Source: Carcharhinus amblyrhynchos (Eukaryota). Taken from it: 64,000 nucleotides of DNA. The notes beneath the pieces were generated by a model, which was not told where the DNA came from, made no database searches, and worked only from the letters and a program-made list of their open reading frames with translations. The position numbers and the translations under genes are program-made. How positions within the stretch are numbered: position 1 is the stretch's first letter; each line of letters begins with the position of its first letter. Shown here piece by piece: positions 52,715 through 63,810 of the stretch. Location of the stretch: positions 20,894,001-20,958,000 of the forward strand of contig OZ336901.1 in assembly GCA_965287045.1 (NCBI GenBank), in the 5' to 3' direction.

Positions 52715-54360
52715 CCTTTACTGATGCCCTTTAGGGAAGGAAATCTGCCATCCTTACCTGGCCTGGCCTACATGTGACTCCATCCACAACGATGCATACG
52801 ATGCCAAAATGCTCTTTAAAATGGCTGACATCAAACCACTGAATTGTCTAAAAGAAATGGAACTAGACAGACTACTGGGCATTGACATAGGCACCAGGTG
52901 TAACAACTGCAAACTTCACTCTGTTAATCTTGCGAAGTTCTCCTTATTAATATCTGGGGCCCTGTGCCAAATTGGGAGTGCTGCCTCAGAGACCAGTCAT
53001 ACTGATGGAATTATAGCCTATAGATCATGGCCTATGTCCCAGACATCACCATCACAGTCACCATCCCTGGATATGTCCTGTCCCATCGGCATGACAGACT
53101 TAACAGAGGTGGGGGTTCCCAGTCAGAGGGAATTAGAATAGAAACGTAAAATCCCTACACGGCACAAAGAGACCATTCAGTCCATCAAATCTGCAACAAC
53201 TCCCCAAAAGAGCATTTCAGGACAGTGTCCTAGGCTCAACCATCTTCAGCTGCTTGATCAATGACCTTCCCACCATCATAAGGGCAGAAGTACGGATATT
53301 TGCTGACGACTGCACAATGTTCAGCAACATTTGTGACTCTTCAAATACTGAAGCACCAATACTCAAATGCAGCAAGACCTGGACACTATCCAAGCTTGGA
53401 CTGACAAGTGGCAACTAACATTTGTGTCACAGAAGTGCCAGGCAATTATCATCTCAAACAAGAGAGAATCTAACTAACTGCCTTTGGCATTACCATCTCA
53501 ATCCTACAGTGCAGAAGGAGGCTATTTGACCCATCAAGTCTGCAACGACTCTTCAAAAGGGCATCCAACCCTATCCCCATAACCATGGTAAATGTGTGAT
53601 GTTAATCCACCTAAAGCGCATACCGTTGGAGTGTGTGAGGAAACCGGAGTACCTGAAGGAAACTCATGCAGACACGGGAGAATGTGCAGATTCCACCCAG
53701 TCACTTGAGGCCAGAATCAAACCTGGGTCCCTGGCATTATGAGGCAGCAGTGCTAACCACTGTGCCATCCACCCTAGGGCATTATCATCGACCAGAAACT
53801 GAAGTGGACTAGTCATGTGATACTATGCCCATTAGAGCAAGTCAGAGGCACAGAATCCTGTAGCACATAACTTGCCTTTTGACTCACCAATACCTGTCCA
53901 CCACCTATTTATCAGGCCCAAGTCAGGAATGTGATGGAATACCCTCCACCTGCCTGGTTGAGTGCAGCTGCAACAACGAGCGCACACCATCTAGGACAAA
54001 GCAGCTTGCTTGACTGGTACCACAAGCATTCACTTCCTGATCACCCAACACATAGTGACTGCAGTGTCACCAAGGCTCCTTAAACTTGCCTTCCAAACCC
54101 ATGATTTCTATCGTGTAGAAGGATAAGGATGGCAGACATATGCGAACATCACCATATAGAGATTCACCTTCAACCCACTCACCATTCTGACTTGGAAATA
54201 TATCGCCGTTCCTTCTGGGTCAAAATCATAGAACTCCCTCCTAACAGCACTGTGGCTGTACCTACACCACATAGACTGCAACGGTTCAAGGATGCAGCTC
54301 ACTGCCACTTTCTGAAGAGTAACTGGGCATCGAGAATAAACCCAGTGAATGAATAAAAAC
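52715..54360 (+). mobile_element. Decayed, internally deleted LINE (L2/CR1 group) with SINE-like 5' part, split by an HE1 SINE
   Basis: EN-like remnant near 52945-53070; RT gatatttgctgacgactgcacaatgttc (IFADDCTMF) and DKWQLTF; 3' region shared with the relics at 14945-15240 and 24060-24270. Confidence 0.75.
53500..53770 (-). mobile_element. HE1 SINE inside a LINE relic
   Basis: aatcctacagtgcagaaggagg...gaggcagcagtgctaaccactgtgcc. Confidence 0.85.
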
Positions 54361-54864
54361 AAGTAGTGATTTAACTGTAGTTGGTAATACTGTGATGTTG
54401 AAGTATTAAATTCTGAAGTATTCACACCACATCATCCAGACCTGAGGGTGTACTCTTTTGATGCGCACTGCTGGAGATTTTGGAAGGTGTAGGATGTGGC
54501 TGTTGAAGCTTCCAGTGCCTTTCTCAGTAACAGTCCACTGAACCCCTGATCTAAAAATGTAGTTCTGAACCATTGGATGTGGACTGTTTACTCAAAATAA
54601 TAACAAACTTGCTGTTTCATTTTCAGCTATAGCTGATGGAAGGTCAGGGGAGGGAAGGGTGTGTGAGAGATTCTGCAATTAATTCAGGCTTTAAAAACAC
54701 TTCCACCATTAAAACTGGCCACAAGAAAGGTGCTTATAAATGGAAGTGCTGCTAATTGAATTGGCGTTGGGATTGAAATTAGTTTGCTTGTCTCGATCTG
54801 GTTAAAGAAATGCCATTTACAGGAGAGATGTTTGTTTTTGAGGAGATAGTGGTGGGAGTTCTAA

Positions 54865-55235
54865 TTTAGAGTCATAGAGTTCTACAGTACAAAGCGAGAC
54901 TCTTCGGCCCGCTGTAATAACCATCAAGCTGCTCTCTTTTCCAATCGCATTTCCTAGCACTTGGTCCACAACCTTGTATGCTATGGCATTTCAAGTATTC
55001 ATTTAACTGCTTTCTGAATATTGTAAGGGTGCCTGCCTCTAGCACTCTTTCAGACAGGGAAATCTTTCAGATTTCCTTCACCCTGTGGTGAAAAAGTTTT
55101 TCCTCGGATCCCTTCTGAATTTCCTGCTCCTTAATATAAAGCTATGTCCCTCTGGTTATTGATCACGCTACCAAGGGGAAAAATTCCTTCCTAGTTATGC
55201 CCCTCAATTTTGTATTTATCTATCAGATCTCCCTT
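54865..55235 (-). mobile_element. Decayed CR1/HER1-like 3' fragment
   Basis: agagtcatagagttctacagtac...ttcggccc tail, then aaaaagtttttcctc and tgtccctctggtt (RKNFF/RTRGH remnants on the - strand). Confidence 0.65.
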
Positions 55236-56029
55236 GGATAGATTTCCCTTTAAATTTGGCATCTCAATGTCTATCTGGCTGTATGTACCTGTAACGATGG
55301 AATAGACTGCTTCTGCAGCCAATTACATTAAAGTAGTTTTGATCCTTTCGCTTATTTTTACATTTTCTGTTGCATTCAGCATTGTGCTAATGTCACTATG
55401 GCAGTGCACGCATATTTCACCTCAAATACTATTGGGAGAGTGGGGAGTTATTCCATTGCTACTAAATTGCTTTTGTATAATGGAGGAAGTTGCGCACATA
55501 CTTTCCTAGTAGCAAAACTTTGTTCCTTGTCGACTTGGTTTCAGAATTGAAGCCAATTATCTCAGAAAATTGAGTTTGTGTTTTAAGTTTAAAAGTAATT
55601 ACTATGAAATTTTGGATTGAAAAGTTGCTTGTTATATTATTACAAGAGGAAAGGTTTTATATTCATAATTGGATGATTAGTTGTGAGATTAAGTAGTTGC
55701 ATTCCATTTTCTGTCATCATTTATGCTGATGATGGCCTTCATTGAAAGTGTGCAAACATTAACTGAAAACATTTGTTAAAGTTTTATTGATGACCCATTC
55801 ACTTAGTTGTATTATATTTACCTTATTATTATAATGTCATTATCCTCTAGTGTGGAGTTTGGTTCTTCAGCAGCTAGATGAAGCTGGTGGCACTGAATGT
55901 TTTTACATGATCAACTTTACCTTAGGGAAATTCTTAGAACTAATATTGAATGTTGCTGCATTCAATGCTATATGAAGACCATGAGAAGATTTTACATCAG
56001 TCACAGTTTTAAATGATAGAGTCAGAAGT

Positions 56030-56890
56030 ACATAAGAACATAAGAAATAGGAGCAGGAGTAGGCCATCTAGCCCTTCGAGCCTGCCCCGCCATTCAATAA
56101 GATCATGGCTGACCTGTCGTGGCTCAGTTCCACATTCCCGCCCTCTCCCCATAACCCTTAATCCCCCTCTTATCAAAAACCCATCAACCCGCGTCTTAAA
56201 AATATTTAGCGAGGTAGCCTCCACCACTTCAACGGGCAGAGAATTCCAGAGACTCACCACCCTTTGAGTGAAGAAGTTCCTCCTCAACTCCGTCCTAAAC
56301 CGCCCCCCCTTTATCTTGAGGCTGTGCCCCCTAGTCCTACTATCCTTTCTGAGCGGGAAGAGTCTCTCCACCTCTATCCTATCCATCCCATTCATCATCT
56401 TATACGTCTCAATGAGATCTCCCCTCATTCTTCTAAACTCTAACGAGTACAAGCCTAATTTATTCAGCCTCTCCTCATAGCTCAACCCCCTCAACTCCGG
56501 CATCAGCCTAGTAAACCTCTTCTGCACTCCCTCCAAGGCCAAAATATCCTTGCGTAAGTACGGCGCCCAAAACTGCGCACAGTACTCCAGCTGCGGCCTC
56601 ACCAATGCCCTATACAGCCGCAGCAAGACCTCCCTACTTTTATATTCAATCCCCCTTGCTATGAAGGCCAGCATCCCATTAGCCTTCCTGACCACCTGCT
56701 GCACCTGCAAGCTGGGTTTTTGCGACTCATGCACAAGGACCCCGAGGTCCCTCTGCACCGTCGCCTGCTGCAGTTTTTCGCCACGTAAGTAATAATCCTT
56801 CCTACCATTATTCCTACCAAAGTGGACCACCTCGCACTTGCCAACATTAAATTCCATTTGCCATTTCCTGGCCCATTCGCCCAGCCTATC
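56030..56890 (-). mobile_element. 5'-truncated copy of the same young CR1 family
   Basis: Near-identical to about 59833-60701; the match stops abruptly at 56890 (cccagcctatc). Confidence 0.95.
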
Positions 56891-57949
56891 GTGTGGTGTG
56901 ATAAATTTACAATACTGCAGAAACTTTACAGCAACATTGTAAAAGGCTGAACGTCTGACAGTTGGGGTCTCAGATGTAGAATCACAAGACCAGGTAGGAT
57001 TCAATAACTTATTTATTGAGAGCTGTTGTGTTTACACTCCTTTATAGAGCATCACAACTGGCACTAACTGAAAGCATATGTGACATACGGAGGTTGTTCG
57101 TCCTCGATTGACTGATAGAAAATCAGTGGCAAAAACATTTTACAGGTGAAACGTGACTGAAATAAATGTGCCAATGCTGGAAATGTACAGCGTCTGAATG
57201 GGATACTTTATTAGATGGAAGTAAAAATTAATTTTTATACAAAAGCTATATTGATGCAAAACTGGCAAAATTAGTGTAAATTTGTCTAAACATCTCTCCC
57301 CTCATCTCATGCATGAAGTCCAACTCCTCCAGTTCCCTGCTGTTGCAAAATTCACTTTCCTTCCCAGATGCGTTAATTTCAAATTTTCTAATCGGGGTTC
57401 CTCCATGACTTTGTCCATACCTATTTCTGCAACCCCTTAAAATTTTTACAGTTTCCTTTCTATTCCCTTCCCGTTTGCTCCATCTTTTGATCCTAGCATC
57501 TTCAACTATCTCACCTTGACTTGATGAAACTTGCTCCTTAAACCCTTTATCTTGCTGCGGCTCTTCTGTGCATCAGAAGCCTGAATCTAGTTGTTCAATT
57601 ATATTTTTGGCCATCACCAAGTTCATGAACGAACGATTTTCAGTGCTTCAATAATTTTACATGTTTGAAGTGCTTTGGGACATTGTTCAATTTTATGCAT
57701 ATAAAATGTGTAGGAACAGCGTTGCTCACGTTCTGCCTCTAATTGATATTAAAAAAGTTGTATACCAACATAAGATATCCATTAATATTAGTTGACGACT
57801 ATAGAGTTTAAGCTGAAAAGAAGTATGTTTCTCAGGCTCAATAATTGCACTCTGAACTTTTGGAGTTGGCTTAATTTTTTTGTGACTTGACCCTTAAAAG
57901 TCTGCTTGGAGTTTTGTTATGTGCTGTATGTATTCTATTATTTATTTTA

Positions 57950-58212
57950 TTGATTATTGTCACAGGCCTACGTTAAAAATGCAATGAAGTTCCTGTGAAA
58001 ATCTCCTAGTTGCCACACTCCGGCACCTGTTTGGGTACACTGAAAGAGAATATAGCATGGTCAATACACCTAACCAGACTGTGGGAGGAAGCCGGAGCAT
58101 CCAGGGGAAACTCGTGCAGTCATGGGGAGAGCGTGCAGCCTCTGCAGAGATAGTGGAAATTAAACCCGGGACCTTGGTGCTATGAGGCAGCAGTGTTAAC
58201 CATTGTGCCATC
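57950..58212 (-). mobile_element. Tail-B SINE
   Basis: ttattgtcacaggcctacgttaa...tgcaatgaagtt...gaggcagcagtgttaaccattgtgcc. Confidence 0.82.
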
Positions 58213-58654
58213 ATTCTGCCCATTGTATTCTGTGTGCTGTCTAGGGCTATCTGTTGTGCAGTCAAAGTTATCCACTTACTCTGCATTTGTAACCAGCAAA
58301 CACATAGGTGATGCTTCAAATTATGGAGGTCAGAGTGGGATGAGCTGACAGAATGGAAACACAAAGCAATGTGCTTAAGTTAGCTTTGGATAATTATATT
58401 AATTTTCATATTGTTTTGTACTTTTAAAAATAAATTAAACGTTGATGCTAAGAGAGAAGTCCACGGTTTTGTTTTGCTAGTTTTTTTTTGAAAGCAAAGG
58501 TTAGTATCCAGCAAAGGTAGAGTGGCTGCCATGACCACTTGCTTTCACATATTTGCTGTGCACTGACTCAAACTTGTAGCTAACTATAGTGAATCAAAAT
58601 TATGTCCTAATTTCAGATCATTCCCAGAACTTAATATTAAATATTAATTATTAG

Positions 58655-59420
58655 CTTTGGCTCAGTGCTAGCACTCCTGTTTTTGAGTTGGTAGATCGTG
58701 GGTTCAGGTCCTATTCCAAAGACTTGGACACTAAATTGTCAGCATTTTATTGCACTGCTGAAGCAGTGCTGCTCTGTTGCTGCTGATTTTTGAATAACAC
58801 ATTAAGCTGAGACTTTGCTGTTGTGGAAGTTGTGAATGTAGCCCAGTCCATCACACAAACCAGCCTCCCATTCATCAACTCTGTCTACACTTACTGCTGT
58901 CTTGGAAAAGCAGCCAGCATAATTTAGGATCCCACGAACCCTGGACATGCTCTCTCCCACCACCTTCCGTCGGGAAAAAGATGCAAAAGTCTGAGGTCAT
59001 GTACCAACCGACTCAAGAACAGCTTCTTCCCTGTTGCCATCAAAATTTGATCTTTCTCTACACCCTAGCTATGACTGTAACACTACATTCTGTACCCTCT
59101 CCTTTCCTTCTCTATGGACGGTATGCTTAATCTGTATGGCATGCAGAAAACAATACTTTTCACTGTATGCTAATATATGTGACAATAATAAATTAAAGCA
59201 AAAGTAAAAGATCCTATGGCATTATTGTAAGGAGCATTTCCTCTGGTGTTGTTCAATATTTATTCCTGAAATAATGCTAAAAACACGTCATATCTTTTAT
59301 CTCACTGCTGTTTGTGGGCTGTTCCTTTGGACAAATCAGCTGCCATGTTTCCTACATTTCATCAATGCCTACCTTTCAGAAATACTTAATCGGTCACAAA
59401 ATGTCATGGATTACTCAGAA
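58655..59420 (+). mobile_element. Deu-domain SINE split by a Rex1-like fragment
   Basis: tRNA-like head tggctcagtgctagcactc...gggttcaggtcc; the SINE resumes at gtaaaagatcctatggcattatt after 59202. Confidence 0.65.
58820..59202 (+). mobile_element. Rex1/Babar-like LINE 3' fragment inserted in a Deu-domain SINE
   Basis: aaagcagccagcataat...cttccgtcgggaaaaagatgcaaaagtctgaggtcatgtaccaaccgactcaagaacagcttcttccc; same family as 16163-16572. Confidence 0.75.
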
Positions 59421-59933
59421 ATTGGGAAACATAAATACAAACCTTTTATGCATCAAGTATGAAGCTGTTTTTGGTGTGATTGGTTTATAACTGAATTGCA
59501 GATATCATTGGGTAACATTGTAGAACTTGGTCCTGGGAAAAATTCAAAAGTTGATATTGTCATAGACATACAAAGGAGCAGTGGGGTGTAGCCAATAATG
59601 CCACAGTGAAAGTGTGCAATGAATGTCATGAATAATCTGTTCCAATTACAATGCAATTGTCTTCAGAAGGCTGGATTGACTACAAATTACAGCAACTACA
59701 CATACACCCAGCAATTTAAGAAAAGTATGAGAGCTGCTGTTTTTCCACTCCCAGCAACTGCTGCTGTTCTTCTGCCATTCACTGATATTCCCAGAAGCTC
59801 AGCATTTCTTGGGGTTCTTATCAGCTTTGAAATAACATAAGAACATAACATAAGAAATAGGAGCAGGAGTAGGCCATCTAGCCCTTCGAGCCTGCCCCGC
59901 CGTTCAATAAGATCATGGCTGATCTGTCGTGGC

Positions 59934-62741
59934 TCAGTTCCACTTTCCCGCCCTCTCCCCATAACCCTTAATCCCCTCTCTTATCAAGAACCCATCAACC
60001 CGCTTCTTAAAAATATTTAGCGAGGCAGCCTCCACCACTTCAACGGACAGAGAATTCCAGAGATTCACCACCCTTTGAGTGAAGAAGTTCCTCCTCAACT
60101 CCGTTCTAAACCGCCTCCCCTTTATCTTGAGGCTGTGCCCCCTAGTCCTACTGTCTTTTTTGAGCGGGAAGAGTCTCTCCACCTCTATCCTATCCATCCC
60201 ATTCATCATCTTATACGTCTCAATGAGATCTCCCCTCATTCTTCTAAACTCCAACGAGTACAAGCCTAGTTTATTCAGCCTCTCCTCATAGCTCAACCCC
60301 CTCAACTCCGGTATCAGCCTAGTAAACCTCCTCTGCACTCCCTCCAAGGCCAAAATATCCTTGCGCAGGTGCGGCGCCCAAAACTGCACACAGTACTCCA
60401 GCTGCGGCCTCACCAATGCCCTATACAGCTGCAGCAAGACCTCCCTACTTTTATATTCAATCCCCCTCGCTATGATTGCCAGCATCCCATTCGCCTCCCT
60501 GACCACCTGCTGCACCTGCAAGCTGGGTTTTTGCGACTCATGCACAAGGACCCCGAGGTCCCTCTGCACCGTCGCCTGCTGCAGTTTTACGCCACGTAAG
60601 TAATAGTCCTTCCTACCATTCTTCCTACCAAAGTGGACCACCTCACACTTGCCAACATTAAATTCCATTTGCCATTTCCTGGCCCATTCGCCCAGCCTAT
60701 CTAGATCCTTCTGCAGACTCTCCACACCCTCCGCACAATTTGCCTTTCCCCCAATCTTGGTGTCATCAGCAAATTTCGACACCCTACACTCGGTTCCCTC
60801 CTCCAGATCATCTATATAAATGGTAAATAGCTGAGGCCCCAGCACCGACCCCTGGGGCACCCCACTAGTCACCAACCGCCAATCCGAATAGCACCCATTG
60901 ACCCCCACTCTCTGCCTCCTATTTGACAACCAATCCTCTATCCACGCTAACACCCTACCCCCAACTCCATATCCCCTGACCTTCTGCAATAACCTCTTGT
61001 GAGGTACCTTGTCAAACGCCTTCTGAAAATCCAGAAAGACCACATCCACCGGCTCTCCTCTATCCACTGCCCTAGACACATCCTCATAGAACTCCAGTAA
61101 ATTTGTCAGACACGACTTCCCTTTAATGAAACCGTGTTGCGTCTGCCCTATCGAGGAATTCCCTTCAAGATGCCTCGCAATTTCCTCCTTAATGACGGAT
61201 TCTAACATTTTACCTACCACAGACGTTAAACTAACCGGCCTATAATTCCCCGCCTTTTGCCTGGCACCCTTCTTAAACAACGGCGTAACACTAGCCGTTT
61301 TCCAATCTTCCGGCACTTCCCCGGAATCCAGCGACGTCTGGAAAATAACCACCAAGGCATCCACTATCACCTCTGCCATTTCTTTCAGAACCCTCGGATG
61401 CATTCCATCCGGTCCTGGGGACTTGTCCACAATCAGCCCCTCCAGTCTGTCGAGCACCACCTCTCTAGTAACAGTAATGTCATTAAGACCCTCCAGTCCT
61501 ACCACCTTTCCATCGCTAACACCCGGCAAATTATTCACGTCCTCCTCCGTGAAGACAGAAACAAAAAAGTTATTCAAGACCTTAGCCATATCCCCATCCC
61601 CTACCACTAGGTCCCCTTTCTCATCCTCTAAAGGACCAACATTCACCCTAGCCAGCCTCTTCCTTTTTATATATTTATAAAAACTCTTGCTATCCTTTTT
61701 TAAATTAAGCGCTAGCCCAGCTTCATAGCTTCTTCTACCCTCCTTTATCAACTTCTTTGTCAATCTTTGTTGACATTTAAACCTTTCCCAATCCTCTTCT
61801 TGCCCACTGCTCTTAGCTACTCTAAATTCCTCCACTTTTAATTTAACACTTTCCTTCACCTCCTTCGTTATCCACGGCTTATTACCTCTCCTCCTACGGT
61901 CCTTTTTGACCATCGGAATAAATTTCTGCTGAGCACCAAGAAAGATCTCCTTAAAGATCCTCCACTGCTCCTCAGCAGACCTACCTTCCAACGCGCTCCC
62001 CCAGTCCACATTCACCAATTCTTCTCTCATCCTACCATACTCCCCTCTATTCAAACAAAGGACGCGTGTCCGGGAACCCACTTTCTCCTCCTCCATCTGC
62101 ACCAGAAACTCCACCATACAATGATCACTCTCTCCAAGAGGATCCTTCACCACAAGGTCCCTAATTCTACCCGCCTCATTACATAGCACCAGATCCAAGA
62201 TAGCTCGCTCCCTCGTCGGCTCCAACACACACTGTTCAAGGAAATTATCCCGGCAGCATTCCAAGAACTCCTCCTCGAGCCCACCTCGTCCAACATGGGT
62301 CGACCAATCAATATGCAGATTGAAATCCCCCATAACTACTGCCGTCCCATTCCTGCACGCCGCACTTATTTGCGAGTTAACAGCCTGCCCCACCTCCAGA
62401 TCATTATTCGGGGGCCTATAGACGACACCCACCAGCGTCTTCCTCCCTTTGCTGTTCCTAATCTCCACCCACGATTCCACTTTCTGCTCTTTGGCTCCGA
62501 TATCATCCCTTGCTACCACCTTGATACTATCCTTAATCAGCAGAGCTATGCCACCCCCTCTTTCCTCCTCCCTATCCTTCCTAAACACTTGATAGCCCTG
62601 TACATTCAGCTCCCAGTCCCTGTCACCTTGCAGCCACGTCTCTGTAATGGCCACCAGATCGTATCCATTTGTGTCGATCTGCGCCACCAGCTCATCCACT
62701 TTATTCCGAATGCTTCGTGCATTCAGATGAAGCGCTTTCAT
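59934..62741 (-). CDS. CR1 ORF2: APE-like endonuclease plus reverse transcriptase
   Basis: EN motifs NARS, AITETWL, VVYRPP, GDFN, LDLVL, SDH; RT motifs YRPVSLTS, QHGF, DFQKAFDKV, GVPQGSVLGP, FADD. No stops. First ATG at 62741 (the track start 62753 is GTG); the frame is open upstream to 62882. Confidence 0.95.
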   Translation of the reverse strand: MKALHLNARSIRNKVDELVAQIDTNGYDLVAITETWLQGDRDWELNVQGYQVFRKDREEERGGGIALLIKDSIKVVARDDIGAKEQKVESWVEIRNSKGRKTLVGVVYRPPNNDLEVGQAVNSQISAACRNGTAVVMGDFNLHIDWSTHVGRGGLEEEFLECCRDNFLEQCVLEPTRERAILDLVLCNEAGRIRDLVVKDPLGESDHCMVEFLVQMEEEKVGSRTRVLCLNRGEYGRMREELVNVDWGSALEGRSAEEQWRIFKEIFLGAQQKFIPMVKKDRRRRGNKPWITKEVKESVKLKVEEFRVAKSSGQEEDWERFKCQQRLTKKLIKEGRRSYEAGLALNLKKDSKSFYKYIKRKRLARVNVGPLEDEKGDLVVGDGDMAKVLNNFFVSVFTEEDVNNLPGVSDGKVVGLEGLNDITVTREVVLDRLEGLIVDKSPGPDGMHPRVLKEMAEVIVDALVVIFQTSLDSGEVPEDWKTASVTPLFKKGARQKAGNYRPVSLTSVVGKMLESVIKEEIARHLEGNSSIGQTQHGFIKGKSCLTNLLEFYEDVSRAVDRGEPVDVVFLDFQKAFDKVPHKRLLQKVRGYGVGGRVLAWIEDWLSNRRQRVGVNGCYSDWRLVTSGVPQGSVLGPQLFTIYIDDLEEGTECRVSKFADDTKIGGKANCAEGVESLQKDLDRLGEWARKWQMEFNVGKCEVVHFGRKNGRKDYYLRGVKLQQATVQRDLGVLVHESQKPSLQVQQVVREANGMLAIIARGIEYKSREVLLQLYRALVRPQLEYCVQFWAPHLRKDILALEGVQRRFTRLIPELRGLSYEERLNKLGLYSLEFRRMRGDLIETYKMMNGMDRIEVERLFPLKKDSRTRGHSLKIKGRRFRTELRRNFFTQRVVNLWNSLSVEVVEAASLNIFKKRVDGFLIREGIKGYGERAGKWN

Positions 62742-62877
62742 CCCAGCCTTCACCTGGACCCTATTTGCCGTAACGCCACCAATTGGGACATCCTCGGCCT
62801 CTTCCCTTACCTGTACCCTATCCTTAACTTTAGACCTCGTAACGTCACCTACCCTCGCACCCTCCCCCCCCCCCCAA

Positions 62878-63810
62878 TTAGTTTAAAGCCCTGTCTACAG
62901 TCCTCTTTACTCGATTCGCCAGCACTCTGGTCCCAGCACGGTTCAGACCAACCCCATCCCACCCGAACAAGTCCCACCTACCCCAATACTGGTGCCAATG
63001 CCCCATAAATTCGAACCCATTCCTCCCACACCAATCCCTGAGCCACCCATTCACTTCCTTTATCCTGTTAACCCTACGCCCGTCTGCACTCGGTTCAGGC
63101 AGTAGCCCAGAGACGACCACCTTGTCGGTTCTACTTTTTAATTCCATTCCCAGCTTCTCATACTCCCTCCCCAGATCCCCAGTCCGCACTTTGCCTACGT
63201 CGCCGGCACCCACATGTACTACAACGACCGGGTTCTCACCCTCCCACTCCAGATTCCTCTGCAGCCCAGCTGCGACATCCTGTACCCGAGCACCAGGCAG
63301 ACAACACACCCTTCTGTGCACTTTGTCATTGTGACAAAGGACAGTGTCAATACCCTTCACCCCACTATCCCCAATCACTACTACGTTCCTTTTCCCCTTC
63401 TCTTTGCCTATGTCCTGCTGCATCACTGTACCGTGTGCAGTTTGCTCACCAACCTCACCTGCCTCGTCCTCTTCCAGAGTGGAAGCAAGAACCTCAAACC
63501 TGTTATGCAGATTAAGAGGCTGAGGCCTCCGCTCCTCACCCCCCTTCCTCCTCCCAGCAGCCCCCTTTTGTCCCTGACCCTTAGATTTAGCCAGCCTAGT
63601 GGGGGTGGATGTCACTTGCACCCCATTGACAATGGCACCCTCTCTCCTCCTGATGAGCCTCAGTGTCTGTAGCTCAGAGGCCAGCTCATCCACCCTGAGC
63701 TGGAGCTCTTCCAGCAACCTGCACTTACTGCAGACATGGTCACTGGGAAGGACCCTGGGGTCCACCAGTTCCCACATCATACAGAAATCACACATCACAT
63801 GCCCCTCCAT
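62878..63810 (-). CDS. CR1 ORF1: CxxC...CxxC zinc finger/leucine zipper plus SGNH/GDSL esterase-like domain
   Basis: CDFC...CSKC followed by the heptad LLEELQLRVDELASELQTL; VVVIGDS, CLPGA and VVVHVG blocks; ends RALN*. Confidence 0.92.
   Translation of the reverse strand: MEGHVMCDFCMMWELVDPRVLPSDHVCSKCRLLEELQLRVDELASELQTLRLIRRREGAIVNGVQVTSTPTRLAKSKGQGQKGAAGRRKGGEERRPQPLNLHNRFEVLASTLEEDEAGEVGEQTAHGTVMQQDIGKEKGKRNVVVIGDSGVKGIDTVLCHNDKVHRRVCCLPGARVQDVAAGLQRNLEWEGENPVVVVHVGAGDVGKVRTGDLGREYEKLGMELKSRTDKVVVSGLLPEPSADGRRVNRIKEVNGWLRDWCGRNGFEFMGHWHQYWGRWDLFGWDGVGLNRAGTRVLANRVKRTVDRALN

Noticed and set aside
56009-57004. 331-aa ORF as a novel gene
   Set aside because: Chance fusion of flanking DNA with a truncated CR1 ORF2; a frameshift near its end runs into the 3' UTR.
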